This document shows, one piece after another, positions 44,856-57,959 of a DNA stretch of 64,000 nucleotides. The notes under the pieces are model-generated. The model ran no database searches, was not told where the DNA came from, and saw only the letters and a list, made by a program, of their open reading frames with translations. How positions within the stretch are numbered: position 1 is the first letter of the stretch; each line of letters starts with the position of its first letter. The stretch comes from the human T2T-CHM13v2.0 reference genome, Homo sapiens. Position numbers and translations under genes: made by a program. Location of the stretch: assembly GCF_009914755.1 (NCBI RefSeq), contig NC_060935.1; one strand, given 5' to 3'.

Positions 44856-47800
44856 TGCAAAACAAGTCTTGGACATGCTTCTCACAGGCTTGTGCTTATG
44901 ATCCTTCTGATAAGAAATTAACTGCTTACCTCCCTAGATTTACATTCCAGAATCTTAAATATGAAAATGTGCCTCAGTCTGTTGGGAATCCAGGAGGGTC
45001 TCTGCAGAAGGGTTTTTCTTTATGGCACATGGAACCTCCTATCTCATCTTGCCATGGATGGGTTCTAGGAAAGGCTCACCCTTTGAGTTCATCTTGGACA
45101 GAGAGAAACTCGGTTCTTACTTACATAGCTGAGGCTGATAAAAAAGGGGGCATCCCTAACAGAGGAACCATAAAACAAAGTACATACCTGCAGTGCATCC
45201 ACTTCCAATAAATATACTTATTGAAAGTATTTCAGCTTTCAGTGGGAACTAGCACCTTAGATTTTCATTCCTTGACCTCTTGTGTGACTCAGATCGTTGA
45301 GCCTAAGTCTGACCTAGTGATGACTGGGAAGATTAGGAATTAAAGTCTTTCTTTCTCTTATCTGGATGGTGGCCTGTATCCAGAGTGCAGTGTGGATCCA
45401 GTCTAGTAGTCAGCTTGCACGGCTGCTGGTGTGTTGCTGGTGCTGGAATTCACAGTGAGCCAGGCCTGGTTTTGGTGTGCACAAGGTCAAACCTTGCCAG
45501 AGCTGCACTGGATCAACTTTTGTGCTAGGTCTGACACTAAAGCTTTACAGTGTAACTAGGACCAGTTTGCCAAAGTTGAGCTTTTAGAAAACCATAATTT
45601 TTTTAGGCCTGTTGTGTACCCTGTTCTTTAAGTTGATGGGTGTGAGCTGTCTTTGAGCCTTGTGTATATATCTGAGTAAGCAACAGTTCCCCCGAGTACC
45701 TTTCCTTAGCCTGGCCATAATGTCAGTACAGTATTGAAAAGAGCATATCTCTGTCTGTTACCTCCATTTTTCACTTTTTGGAAGTACCTGAAGGGTTGCC
45801 ATTATAGAGACTATTGTCTTTAGAAGAGAATGGGCCACAAACAGCTCATTTCTGTGAGTGTTCCCACCTGTCAGGTACAGTTAGAGCTTCCCAAAAGAGA
45901 CAAATGGAAGACTGTGGTCAGAGGTGAGTCATTCTTTCTTAGAGGATCATCTCCCTGGAGTATTTTTCACATTGCTTCAGGCTCCCTGTTTTTCAGCCTG
46001 TAGGAGAACTAAATAATCTATTAGGTCTGTCCTATCTCCAGCTTGCATTGATTTACACCCCCAAGACTCACAGGGACCTGGAGAGAAAATAGTTCATGTG
46101 TGCCACGGCTGCAGCAAGTGCTGCTGAAAGAAGATCCCAAGTAGTGGGCCAGAAGCCCAGGGAGGTGCTGAAGGAAGCCGCAGTAAAGCCTGACCTCTCA
46201 GAGCTTCTCTAAAGCACCCAGTCCCCATTGGAGAACAAGTCAAACAAATGTTAAGGGAAGGAAATCAAATATGTTTGCTGAACATTGAAATAACATCTGA
46301 TCATTGAAAAAAAGCACCTAGTTGGGAATTACAAGAGAGTGGCACTTTTTTCTTCCCCACTGAGCAAATTAAAACAAGTTCAGAATTTGTTTATATAGCC
46401 ATTAATGAAACATCCAATGTAGAACTAGCAGCCTCCCTGCCCCACAGAGGAGGGCACATACTGCTTGCTGGCACATCTGCCCATCTGAGGGTCTCTCCTC
46501 CTCGAAGACCCCCATTCCAAATAAGCCCATTCCATTGGTTTTAGTATGTGCCAAGCAGCCCTAGTGAGGAAAGAGCCCTGCAGACCTTTCCATGGCCAGC
46601 GCTGTGTGTTCTGCACCCTCACCTCACCCCAGGATCTTTCCTATCTGCAGCACCATGGAGGCCACCTGGTTTCGTATCTCTGCTTCCAAACTAGTGCTCA
46701 TAATATGAGATCGTTATTTTAAAGAGGTGTTGGTACATTTGATGGTTTAAAGAATATGTACTTTCCCTCCCCCTGTTCAAAATGAGATATCTGCAATGAT
46801 ATTCCAACCCTGAAAGGATCCATATGTTTGAGGGTTATTGTTTTAAAAGCTGCCTGCTGTCTCATTGGGATTGATTACAGGGGAGCTTTGGCTGCTTCAG
46901 GAATTCAGAGCTTCAGAATTTGGCTTATGGTTTTGGGATGTGGGGAATTTGTCTTCATGGGCTGTTTATCTGCCTTAATTGTGATAGAGATGCTCCAAGG
47001 AGATGTGTGGGCAGGATTGGGCCCAGGGCCAGGGTAAATCAGAGCAGCCCCAGGCCTGAACTCCCCAGTTCACTCAAGACGGCAGTGTATGTAGCTTTCG
47101 GAGGAAAGCTCTATCATTTCTCCTGAATATGAAGCTGCACCCATTCATTGCAAAATTGTACAACTGCCTGCAAAATCGTGAGTTTCAGGCAGTGGTTGGT
47201 GATTGCTATTGCATTAGACATAGTGATTCCACATTTGGGGAGAATAAAGAGAAAGAAAACTTGAAGGATCAGAGTAGTCCCAGACCTTGGAAATGTCACA
47301 ACTGTGAAACAAGTCTCTAGAAAGCAAGATAAACTAATCAGTGTGATATTTACAGCTCATCTCTCGATCATATTTATTTCTTGGTGCATGAAAATTGGTT
47401 CCTAGGGTTCACATTAATCATGATGAAATATATTTACTACTGTCTGTTGGCTGGTTTAGATCAAGAGTTGGCAACCATTACTAGTAATATTTCTAGGTTC
47501 CCAACCAGCATTTAGGCTGAAGATTTCAGGGGTTGGGTGGAGGTCATGACCACATGTTGACACTCTGTGCTTGGAGAGGGAAGGAAGAAACTGACTTCTC
47601 ACAACCACGGCCACTAAATATATCCACAGCAGAGATCTGGGCTTGATTGAAAGCCTCTTCTCCAGTGTGGTCCATTCATGCAAGAATTGTATCTGCCTTG
47701 TTTACCACTGTATGCCTAAATGCTTGACACATAGTAGCTGCTCAATAAATATTTATTGAATTGAATGTGTTTGGACATTGAATTTATATATACTTCCTGT

Positions 47801-47879
47801 CAGTAGAATTGTAAGGGGTTGTTCAAAGTATGATTCCATATTCCATATTCAGTGGAAAAGTCCTGGTCTTTTCCTTGCT

Positions 47880-49505
47880 GACTTTTTCAACAAATGGTGC
47901 TGAAAGATTGGACATCCATGGGCAAAAATTTAACCTTGGCCTGGACCTCACACTACATGCAAAAATTAACTGAAAGTGAATCAGATTTAAATGTAAAACA
48001 TGAAACCATAAAACTTTTAGGAAAAAAGGAGAAAGTCTTCAGACTCTAGGGCTAGGCAAAGAGTTCTTAGATATGACACCAAAAGCAAGATCCATAAAAA
48101 AAAAAATTGACCAATGAGACCTCATCAAAATGTAAAACTTTTGCTCTGTCAAAGACCTTGTGAAGAGGACAAAAAGACAAGCTATATACTTGGAGATAAT
48201 ATTTGCAAACCACATATCCAACAAAGGGCTAAACATCTAGAATATGTTTTTTAAAACTCTCAAAACTCAACAATGAAAAAACAAATAATCCAGTTAGAAA
48301 ATGGGCAAAGGCCATGAACAGACCTTGCACTGAAGAGGATATACAGGTGGCAAATAAGATGTTCAGTATCATTAACTATTATGGAAATGCAAAATAAAAC
48401 TGCAATGAGATATCATTACACACCTATAAGAATGGCTAAAGTTAACCAAAAAAATACAAACGGCAAATGCCAATGAGAATACAGAAAAACTGGACCACTC
48501 ATATATTGTTTTTGGAAATATAAAATGGTATAGCCACTCTGAAAAATAGTTTTGGTAGTTTCTTATAAAATTAAACATGCAACTACCATAGGACTCAGCA
48601 ATTACACATTTGGGCATTTATCCCAGAGGAATGATAATTTATGCTCACATGAAAACCTATATGTGAATGTTTGTAGCAGCTTTATTTGTAATTGCCAAAA
48701 CCTGAAATCAGCCCAGGCATCCTTCAGTGGATAAATGGTTAAGCAGACTATGGCACATGCATACCATGGTATATTATTCATCCATAAAAAGAGCAAACTA
48801 CTGATACACACAACAGCTTGGATGATTCTCCAGGGAATTATGCTGAGTGAAAAAAGCCAGTCCAAAAAGGTCACATACTGTGTGATTCCATTTATATAAC
48901 CTCCTTGAAATGACAAAATTATAGAAATGGAGGACAGATGGGTGCTTGCCAGGAGTCAGGGATAGGGAGGGAGACCGTTGTGTGTCTTTTTTTTTTTTTT
49001 TTGTGACGGAGTCTCGCTCTGTCGCCTGGCGACAGAGTGTAGTGGCGTGATCTCCGCTTACTGCAAGCTCCGCCTCCTGGGTTCACGCCATTCCCCTGCC
49101 TCAGCCTCCCTAGTAGCTGGGACTATAGGCACCCGCCACTAGGCCCGGCTAATTTTTTTGAATTTTCAGTAGAGACGGGGTTTCACCGTGTTACCCAGGA
49201 TAGTCTCGATCTCCTGACCTTGTGATCCACCCGCCTCGGCCTTCCAAAGTGCTAGGATTACATGCGTGAGCCACTGCACCTGGCCCGACAATTGTGTCTT
49301 AAAAGTTCAACAGGAGGGACCCTTGTGGCTGTGGAAATGCTCTGTACCTTGATTCTATCAATGTCAATTTCATGTTGTGATGTCATACAATAGTTTTGCA
49401 AGATGTTGGGGGAAACTGGGTAAAGCGTATACAGGCTCTCTGCATTATTTCTTACAACTACATGTGAATCTATAATTATCTCAAACTAAAATGTTTAATT
49501 TAAAA
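47880..49505 (+). mobile_element. L1MB/L1MC 3' region interrupted by AluY
   Basis: ttttcaacaaatggtgctg...ctcatcaaaatgtaaaacttttgctctg...ggaattatgctgagtgaaaaaagccagtcc...ctataattatctcaaa. Confidence 0.88.
48987..49285 (-). mobile_element. AluY carrying an internal palindrome mutation
   Basis: ctgcaagctccgcctcctgggttcacgccatt; ttcaccgtgtta; tcgatctcctgacc. Confidence 0.93.
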
Positions 49506-51049
49506 AATATTGGGAGCTTAGTATCTGTGAGTCAGATGCATAATGAATTAATAAAATAAGAACACTCAAATCTCTCCATCCCTAAACTTGTATGACTTTA
49601 GCTTGATGTTGGATTGCCTTTTCTGAATCTTAATATCAAAATTAAGATTTTAAAACTAGATGGAGTATATCTGGAGATCTATCTATCTATATCTATATCT
49701 ATATTTATTAGATATATGTGTACATATATTAGATATATGTGTTTATATTTATATTGAATAATATTGAGGACATCATCTGTTATGATACTTTGGACTTTAG
49801 TTTTGCCTTTTATTATAAGTGACCCCAAATCATTTTTTGGAAATAGATGAGATATAAATAAATAAGTAATCTGAAAAAGTCCCTCTGCTGCTTGATTCTC
49901 CACCAAGAGATTATGGGATTTAAGCACACATATAGGGCACTAGGATGAAATAACGCATTAAATAATGTTTTGGGAAGCAGATTTATGCTTTGAAGCCAGC
50001 CAGAATTACTGAGTTTGTGGTCACTGTCATTTCGTACCTTTGCACAGTAATAAGAAAACAAAGGGGATATGCTGTAGTGTCCCTGACTGCAAGTGATGGA
50101 AGTCAGCAGGGCAGCTACTTGAAGTAAGCAGAGTTTATTTTCTCCTTGGTGGACAGAGCTAATATCTTTGATCCCTGGTCATTTAAGTTGAGCCTCACCA
50201 AAATCAACTTGAAATTTTGAAGGCCCAATAATAGTTGTTTATAAGAAACTGAAGTCTCTGTTTCCACTGGTTGTGTAGGATTTAAAGAGAATCATCATTT
50301 GGCTTATGATGACTATTCTCCTTTTAACTTCATTAAGCAATCTCCTGAGATTAGACTTAGAAATAGTATGACCCACACTGGAGCTGAGGTTATGGAAATA
50401 AAAGTGATTTCATCTTTACTGGGTCTTAGGGAGCACAGAATTAGAAAACCCACGACCTGATCCTGACCCATCTCTTCCTCCTCCTCCCATCCCCTCAAAC
50501 TCTCATCTCTCCTTCCCTTCTTATTATCTCCCAAGAGATTCATTGCCTCATGAAAAATAGTATTTGGGGTTAATCTTTCATTTAGCTGCTTTTTGCTTGT
50601 GTTTCCTTCTCTGCCTCAGAGCCTCACAGATTACGAGGTTCCAGTAGGCCCTCAGATGTCAGATGTGGAGTCTCACTAGTTTGCTGCACAGCTGACTGGA
50701 GTTCTTTCTTTTAATGGTGTGAGCATATGGCTTTCTTTGCTAGATGGAAACCACATTCACAAAGAGCCTGTAGCTTTTAGAAATGAAGACTGATGGGAGC
50801 AAAGGGTTTTTTCGTGTTCCCTGCCTCCTCTCCCTACCTGGTTCTATTCTGAATCTGGTCATTCAGCAGGCACCTGTGACCCTCTTCATATCTGCCACTG
50901 GCACCACAGAGCTGAAGAACATTGACCCTGAATGTCGTTTTTGACATCATAATCTGACTTCTTTGTTTTCAGGTGAGGGGCTGAGCTTGGGGACAATAAG
51001 GTGCTTTTTAGAATTAGCATAGTAGGAAGTCAGATGACTTCATGAATAG

Positions 51050-51200
51050 AAGATTGGACTGGGAGTTCGGGCCAATTTAGACTTGACCCAGCACTGTAAC
51101 CTTGGGAGAACCATGTCTCTCCAGGTCTCAGTTTTCTCATCTGTGCAATGAGGGAACTGGACCAAGTCACCTCTGCCTTCTACATGATCTCTGAGGTTGC
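51050..51200 (+). mobile_element. MIR/MIR3
   Basis: tctcagttttctcatctgtgcaatgagggaactggacc. Confidence 0.7.
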
Positions 51201-53092
51201 AGATCTCTGAGATAGCTTGGACAGTGGTCATCAGCTCCAACTGCCAAAGTGTGAGTCTTCTTATTATCCACAGAAGGCTCATGGTTATGCTGTCCAGTGA
51301 GCTGGTACAGATACAAGGATGAGGCACATGTTTAAAGACACTTTCTTTGGCAGTATCTTCCTAGTAGTGGTAATTATTGAAAGATTTAATGGCACAGATT
51401 TTTTTATCAACTATGGCCAACCCCAGTCTGTCTCTTTGCCATCTTCATGGCACCTGGCCTTAAAAAATAACTTGCAAAGAATGGAGATCAGGTGCCCCAG
51501 TACCAAGGTACCAACCTCTAGCCAGACTGGAGCAAATGGGAATGCTGCCCAAACCCCAGAAGCCTGCCCATGTAATTGGTTTTCCTGCGTGGCTTATTTT
51601 AAGCAAGCTCCTGCCTGGGGTTGGGAAGGTCTCTCGGACAGACTAAAGTGATCTCACAGGTAAATCTTAATCCATAATGCAGTTTGTCCATGTGTTTGTC
51701 AAAACTAGTCAGCATTAGGGAACTCTACATGACAACTTCTGGGCTCCTTGGCTGTAGATGGCTAGTATCAGCATTGAATTGTGTCCCAGGAGTGAATGAA
51801 GGCTCCTTGGCTTTTCTCAAAGCACATCCTTGACAAAAACTGCCAACTACCACTGTAGTTAAAAGCATAAGCTGAAAATGAAGGCAGTCAGTCCCTCCAT
51901 TCCACTTCATTTCAGGAAATTCCAAAAATAAAAGGTGAGCTTTGTTCCCAGAGGGCTGAGAGTGAATCCTATAACTGGCTCCTCTGTGGAAACCAGCTCG
52001 GAATTGGAAGCCAGCCAGCTGCCCCTTTCCCATCTGGGCAGCATGCAAGACGAAGCCTGAAGGGAAGAAGGGCCACTAATTCAAAGATGCTTTTGCATAT
52101 TGGATTCCTTGTGCTCTGTCTTGGCTGACCCAGCCATGTGACAGCAAGGTTTGAGCTGGTTCATAGAGCTCTGTTGCACTTTAATGGTTAAGGATTGACC
52201 AAACTCAGGCAGTGTGTGCAAGGAAGGAAATGAAGCCATTGCCAAATTTGATGTGCCTTGGATCTATAGACTGCACCCCCAATTCCATTTCTCTCACTAC
52301 TTCTTAGTCTGTCTCTTGGTTCATGAGTCCTGATACATTGCTCACCCAGTAGCAATATCCCTGTGGAACTGTGCCTTTGACAGTGTGATGACTGTAGAAG
52401 CCACTTCAGAGTGGCTTTTCTCCTAGTGCTGGCCCGTGATTTCATAACTGAACGTCCCAGATGGGCACCACCTGTTGTTACACCTTCCCCCTTCTCCCCC
52501 TAGTCTGTTTCCTGAATCTGACTGCGGTTAGCACACACCCTGAGTTTAAAATGCACTCTCTAAGCTGGCTTAGAAGGTAGTGCATTAACTTCTTTTTAGG
52601 ACCATTTATTCGGTACTTCTATGTGTATGGCATTTTAAACAAAGTTAGATAATGCAGCCCATGCTGTTTAGAAACTTACAACTTGAAACAGATCACAATT
52701 GGTGGGTTAGTTCCCTGGGAACAGGTCAGTGAGGAGGAAGATAAAAAATCTCAGCTGTTAAAGGACATCAGAATTCACTTAATCCAATCCCTTATTTTAT
52801 AGATGGCAAAATGGAAGCAAGACACCTTGAATAGGTCAGTTGCACAATGCACTAGTGGCAGAGCTTCCTGGACCTACTTTAACCATGTGCCTCTGGTCCA
52901 CTTTCTATAGGATGTGAGACTCAATCTAGGCTGCCCCCTGTGGGCTTTTACACAAAGGTAGAAGATATTTGTTTGATCCTATCTATAGTAATGGGACACG
53001 ACAAAAGACCTCAGGAGGCTCAAGAAAGAAGAACTTGGAAAATGGCCAAGTAAGCATAGCTGAGAATCTAGAGAGCAGAACATTTCCATAAT

Positions 53093-53136
53093 CAGGTAAG
53101 AGGTGTTGAGGACCAACAGGTAAGAGGTGTTGAGGA
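53093..53136. repeat. 24-bp-period tandem duplication containing CAG|GTAAGA twice
   Basis: caggtaagaggtgttgagga at 53093 and 53117. Confidence 0.97.
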
Positions 53137-54738
53137 TCCTTCACTAGAATGTAAGCTCCTTGGGAGAAGTCTCCTTGAATACCTTGTCCATCACTTTAAC
53201 CCCAGTACCTGGAAGAGTGTCCAGCATAAAGGTTGGGTTAATAAACATCTCAAGTCTGATGGAAGCCTATGAATGCTTACTATGCAACTTCACACAATCC
53301 TTACAACAGCCCTATGATGTAAATATAAAAATTAGAATGGAAAGAAACAGTTGGAGGATGTTCTTACATTGTTACAATCCCCATTTGACTAGTGGTGTGG
53401 GATAGCCACAAATGGAAGGACTATCCAAATTATTGCTAAGTCCCTAACTTAGGCATAGAGTTTTTTATAACAGAGATAGGCTTCTGTCCCCAAAGATGCG
53501 TGCAATTTAAAATAGATGGGGGCACTATATATATGGAGGATTTCAACAGTATAGACAATTTAATATTGACTTTGTGAATAATATAACTGTGGAAGCACTG
53601 TTACTGGAACTCCAGGGATATTCTGTGAAGTTTCAAATGCCCACACCACAATATATAAAGGCATTTGGTAGTAATGACAAAAGGCTTACCCAGAGCATTT
53701 CCCCAAGGTAAAAGGAAAAAAGTTGAATTAGAGTAGGGGTGGGTAGCCATGAAGAGACAGGGTAGAGTTTGAGCTCTTGCTCGTCTGGCTGGGAAAATGC
53801 TTTACTGTATACATAATCGACTTCGTACTACACTAGGGCTCAATTAGAGAGGGCCCATCCCATTCTGTTTCACTCCGTTTTGATCCTGTAGTCAGCTGCA
53901 GAGTTATAGATTAAGTGACAAGGATGGTATCTTGATTGTATCCAGCTGCTTGGAATCAGTCAAGGGCTGAGAGGCCCCGCATGAGGAACAGCGCTCACTA
54001 TAAAGGCTCCAAAGCAACCTGAAATTCAGGACACCTCTGATGCCTTTTAGAGCAGCATAGTTTAGCATCTGACCCATTGTCACCAAATTAAGTCCCTGAG
54101 AGGAGTCTGATAAGTGATTTCAGCCAACAGTAAGAGGACCGAAATCTTAACAGCATTGGACTTGACAACTGAGCCAATAATAGTAATAATGTAATTATTA
54201 TGGCTGCAAAAGTGGGGCTTGTAAAGAAGAATCCCTAGGGAAAGCGATTTGAACTTTTCTTAGCATGGAGTAGAGAGCTGTGTTGACTCAAAGTAAACAG
54301 GGGGAGAAAAGCAACTTCCATCTTCAGCAGAAGTGCCAACTGAATTGGATGCCCCCTCCCCATGCCCTACTCCTTTTCTTTCACTTTGGCATCCCTGGTG
54401 TTTAGTTATGTGTGCTTGGGGCCCTTCGGAAATCTCTTTAACCCCATGAATCAGTGATCATGGCATTGGTGTGACTTGAACAGGCAGGTGCTTGGTGCTG
54501 AGAAAAGGAAGCTGGCAGCACATTTCATGGCATCTGCCCAGGCCCACAAAACAAACAGAAGTTATGGCTCACATACTGTGTTGCTGCTCTGGGCTCTATA
54601 AAACTGTAATAGTATCATATTATTTTAATCTGCTGAAATACAAATCCCAGAGTAGAGAGAACACAGCAGCAGCATTACACGTCTGAGAAAATGTTTGACA
54701 TGGATTCATTTGTCTGCAGCTATTATGACGATGCCTGC

Positions 54739-55044
54739 GGTCGATTAGCTCTGTTGGTTACAACACAGTGTTAATGAAGCCAAGGTTGTGGGTTTGAGAG
54801 CCCTGTTAGGTGAGCTGGTTTCACACAAATGAAAGCTCTTTTCATGATCCCAGACCACGCCCAAGACCTAGGTCAGACATTCCATAAAAACACGGAGATG
54901 GTCACAGTGAGGACTGGGCAAGACAGTGCAGTGTCTCACCAAAAATGCCCCTTTACCTGCTTCTGGAAAAACAAGTCACAACATGTGCTTTAGTGGGGAA
55001 TTAGGACTGTGGTCTTCACACAGAATGGATATCACGTTATTATT
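54739..55044 (+). mobile_element. tRNA-Ile-derived SINE (MamSINE1-like), near full length
   Basis: Head ggtcgattagctctgttggttacaacacagtgttaatgaagccaaggttgtgggtttga aligns with tRNA-Ile(AAT) GGCCGGTTAGCTCAGTTGGTTAGAGCGTGGTGCTAATAACGCCAAGGTCGCGGGTTCGA. Body has ctggaaaaacaa and a (TTA)n-like tail. Confidence 0.78.
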
Positions 55045-55214
55045 CATGGTAACTGCTGGTCAGTACTGCTGCAGGCTTCCTTCCTGAATTAAGGAATATA
55101 CTGGCTCTGGTAAATATTTTCTCTGAAGAAAAGAGAAGGATTTTTGGTCCCCTTCATTCTTGGCTTTTTACTCACTGAGATTCTGCCCATTCGTGTGTTA
55201 GACAACTGTGTGTG

Positions 55215-55705
55215 GAATGTTGTTGCATACCAGGCACTGTTCTTTGTGCGTGGAATACCACAGTGTATAAAACAGTCTCTGTCCTCTTTGAGTTTAAATT
55301 CTGCAAGAGGAAAATACATAATAAACAATAAATAACCAATATAATGGTGCAAGTGAAAGTTTGGTAAAGAAAAGGATGAGGTTGGAGGGGTGTAGCGAGG
55401 AGTGGCTGGTTGCGGGTGCTGTTTGCTTCAGCAAGGAAGGTTCGAGAAGCCCTCTCAAAGTAGTTGACATTTAAACAGGGACCTGACAGATGAGAAGGAC
55501 CCAAGCCTTTGGAAGAGCTGGAAGAACACTCCAGCCAGAAGAAACAGCAAGTGCAGAGGGCTTGAGGTCTAGTGGTGGCTGAAGAACAGAAGGGCCACTG
55601 GAGAGTGAGGGGACATGGTGAGAGAAGAGGTGAAGAGTGGATGGGCCCTCTGTGACATGTGAAGGAGTTCGGATATTATTCTCAGTGCAGTAGGAAGCCA
55701 TTTTG
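55215..55705 (-). mobile_element. L2 3' region
   Basis: ccaggcactgttct...cagaagaaacagcaagtgcagaggg...cagtaggaagcca. Confidence 0.8.
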
Positions 55706-55750
55706 TTTTGTTTTGAGGGCGGGACCTTTCTTTAAATATTTTGGGAGCGA

Positions 55751-56178
55751 TATTATGGGTTGAATTGTTGAAGTCCTGATCTTCAGTACCTCAAAATGTG
55801 ACTTTATTTGGAAATGGGGTATTTTCAGAGGTTAATCAAGTTAAAATGTTGTCAGGGTGACCCCTAATTCACAGACTGATGTCCTTATCGAAAGGGGAAA
55901 TTTAGACACAGAGATAGACTTGCACAGGGGGGAAGATGGCCTTGTGAAGATGGAGGGTTGGAGTGAGGCATCTACAAGCCAGGCAATGCCAGAGATTGAC
56001 AGCCAGCTACCAGAAGCTAGGAAGAGGCAAGGAAACATTTCCCGATATGTTTCAGTGGGAGCATGGCCTTAATAACGCCTTGCTTTCAGATTTCTAACCT
56101 CTAGAACTTGAGACTAGTTTCTGATCTAAGCCCCCCAATTTGTGGTTCTTTGTTAACAGCAACCCTAGGAAACTGAAA
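55751..56178 (+). mobile_element. MLT1 (MLT1B/C-like) MaLR LTR
   Basis: ttatgggttgaattg...atgtgactttatttggaaatgggg...cagaagctaggaagaggcaagga...cagcaaccctaggaaactga. Confidence 0.88.
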
Positions 56179-56429
56179 AGGGCATAGGGTCCAAACACAC
56201 TGGCTCTGCCCTAGGGAATGGCATGAAGTGTCCTTTCTGGACTCAGCAACACTTGTGTGTTGGGGAAGCCTCTAGTTGCTCTGGCATGTGATCATATGAC
56301 TTTTATATATATTTAGGGAAATCGATGATGAAAATAACTATATTAAAATAGATATAAAATAGGATAGAATGCACTAGTTGAATTACCCTGTGCAGAATAC
56401 CCTAATATTCTTTTAGGAATGGTCCTTTT

Positions 56430-56970
56430 AGGGATGCTGTGCAAATGATGCTTTGGAAGGGCAAGAATGGCAGGAAGGAGACAAGTTAGAAGGCTAGCAC
56501 AGTAATCTTGGTGATAGATCGTGGTGGTTTGGGCTAGAGGGAATGGCACTAGAGGTGGTAAGAGATAGAAGAAGAGCCAGCAGTACTCGCTAATGGATTG
56601 AACATGAGGAAAGGAAGGAATAAAGACTGAGTCTTAGCTTTTGGGTTTGAGCAACTGGCCGGATGATTTATTGAGATGGAGAAGATTGAGAGAATGACTT
56701 GTCTAGGGATAAGGAATCAAGACTTATGTTTTGGACGTGTTAGGTTTGTTTATCCAGGTGGAGATATTAACTAAGTGGTTGGCTATCTTAGGAACATTCG
56801 GGGCTAAACATAAATTTAGAGGTCACCAGATTATTGATGATATTTAAAGTGATTGAAACTAGATGAGACTACTTAAAGAAAGAGTTTGAAGAAGAGAATA
56901 GAGCCTAGGACCGAATTCTCAGAAGTCTGGTGATGGTTGAGGAACTAGCAACAGAGACTGAGAAGAAGCA
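56430..56970 (-). mobile_element. L2 fragment
   Basis: tgagcaactgg...tttattgagatggagaagattg...ttttggacgtgttaggttt...tatttaaag. Confidence 0.8.
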
Positions 56971-57687
56971 CCAAGACTAGCCAACAAATTGTTATACTCA
57001 TTCATGGTATGGATCTTTTCAAGGTTAGACTAAATTATACAGAAACACATGGGAGAAGGTACTGGAAGTTCCTCATCCCCAGTATACCCAATTCTGCTTA
57101 ATCCAACAAAGCTCTTATGTAAGGACCTTTCCAGATTTGGAAAGCAAGTATTTGTTTTCATTGTTTTACAGATTACAGAATCAGACAGCCCTTCTATCCT
57201 TTAGGCTTCCAGTAGGTCATAAGAATGGTGTATGCTCAAGAGAAATAGATGCTTTTTTTTAATAAGAAATGGGACTTTATCATAAGTTTTCATAATCACC
57301 AATTTAATACAAATCAGGGCAGTTGAGTTGCAGGGTTCCATTTATCCTTCATTTTGTGAATTCATTAAGAATGGAACCTATTTCATTAATCATATGTTAA
57401 GAGATTGCCTACCTTGGCCCAACTCAGTAAGCTATTACCCCCACATTAATTGAAATTCCCAAGCATATACAAGAAGATTGGGAGGAAGTCAGAATCAGCA
57501 TCTGTCTTTGAGTTTTGGCAGAATAACTAACACCTGTTTGATGGAACATCTCCAGAATCCCATTATGACCTTCTTAGGTTATGATGGTTTGAACCTAGGA
57601 AGTCTGTTGATACCTGTTTGGATAACTCAGCACTGAATGGTTGCTGTCTGAATTGGGACTTGATTGTTATTATGTGTCTGTCCTTAG

Positions 57688-57873
<186 letters not shown>

Positions 57874-57959
57874 TGATACACATTTTATTTGACCCAATTT
57901 AATTTTTCATACCTGCCAAGAGGGCTTAGAAAAGCCATATTGTGTGACAGTATTTTACA

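Noticed and set aside
45305-45540. Possible large hairpin or MITE (gtctgacctag vs ctaggtctgac, gatccagt vs actggatc)
   Set aside because: Only short, non-collinear complementary patches; cannot be supported without folding or a Dfam search.
54739-54812. Functional tRNA-Ile gene
   Set aside because: Acceptor and T stems and the B box are disrupted, and the sequence continues into a SINE body.
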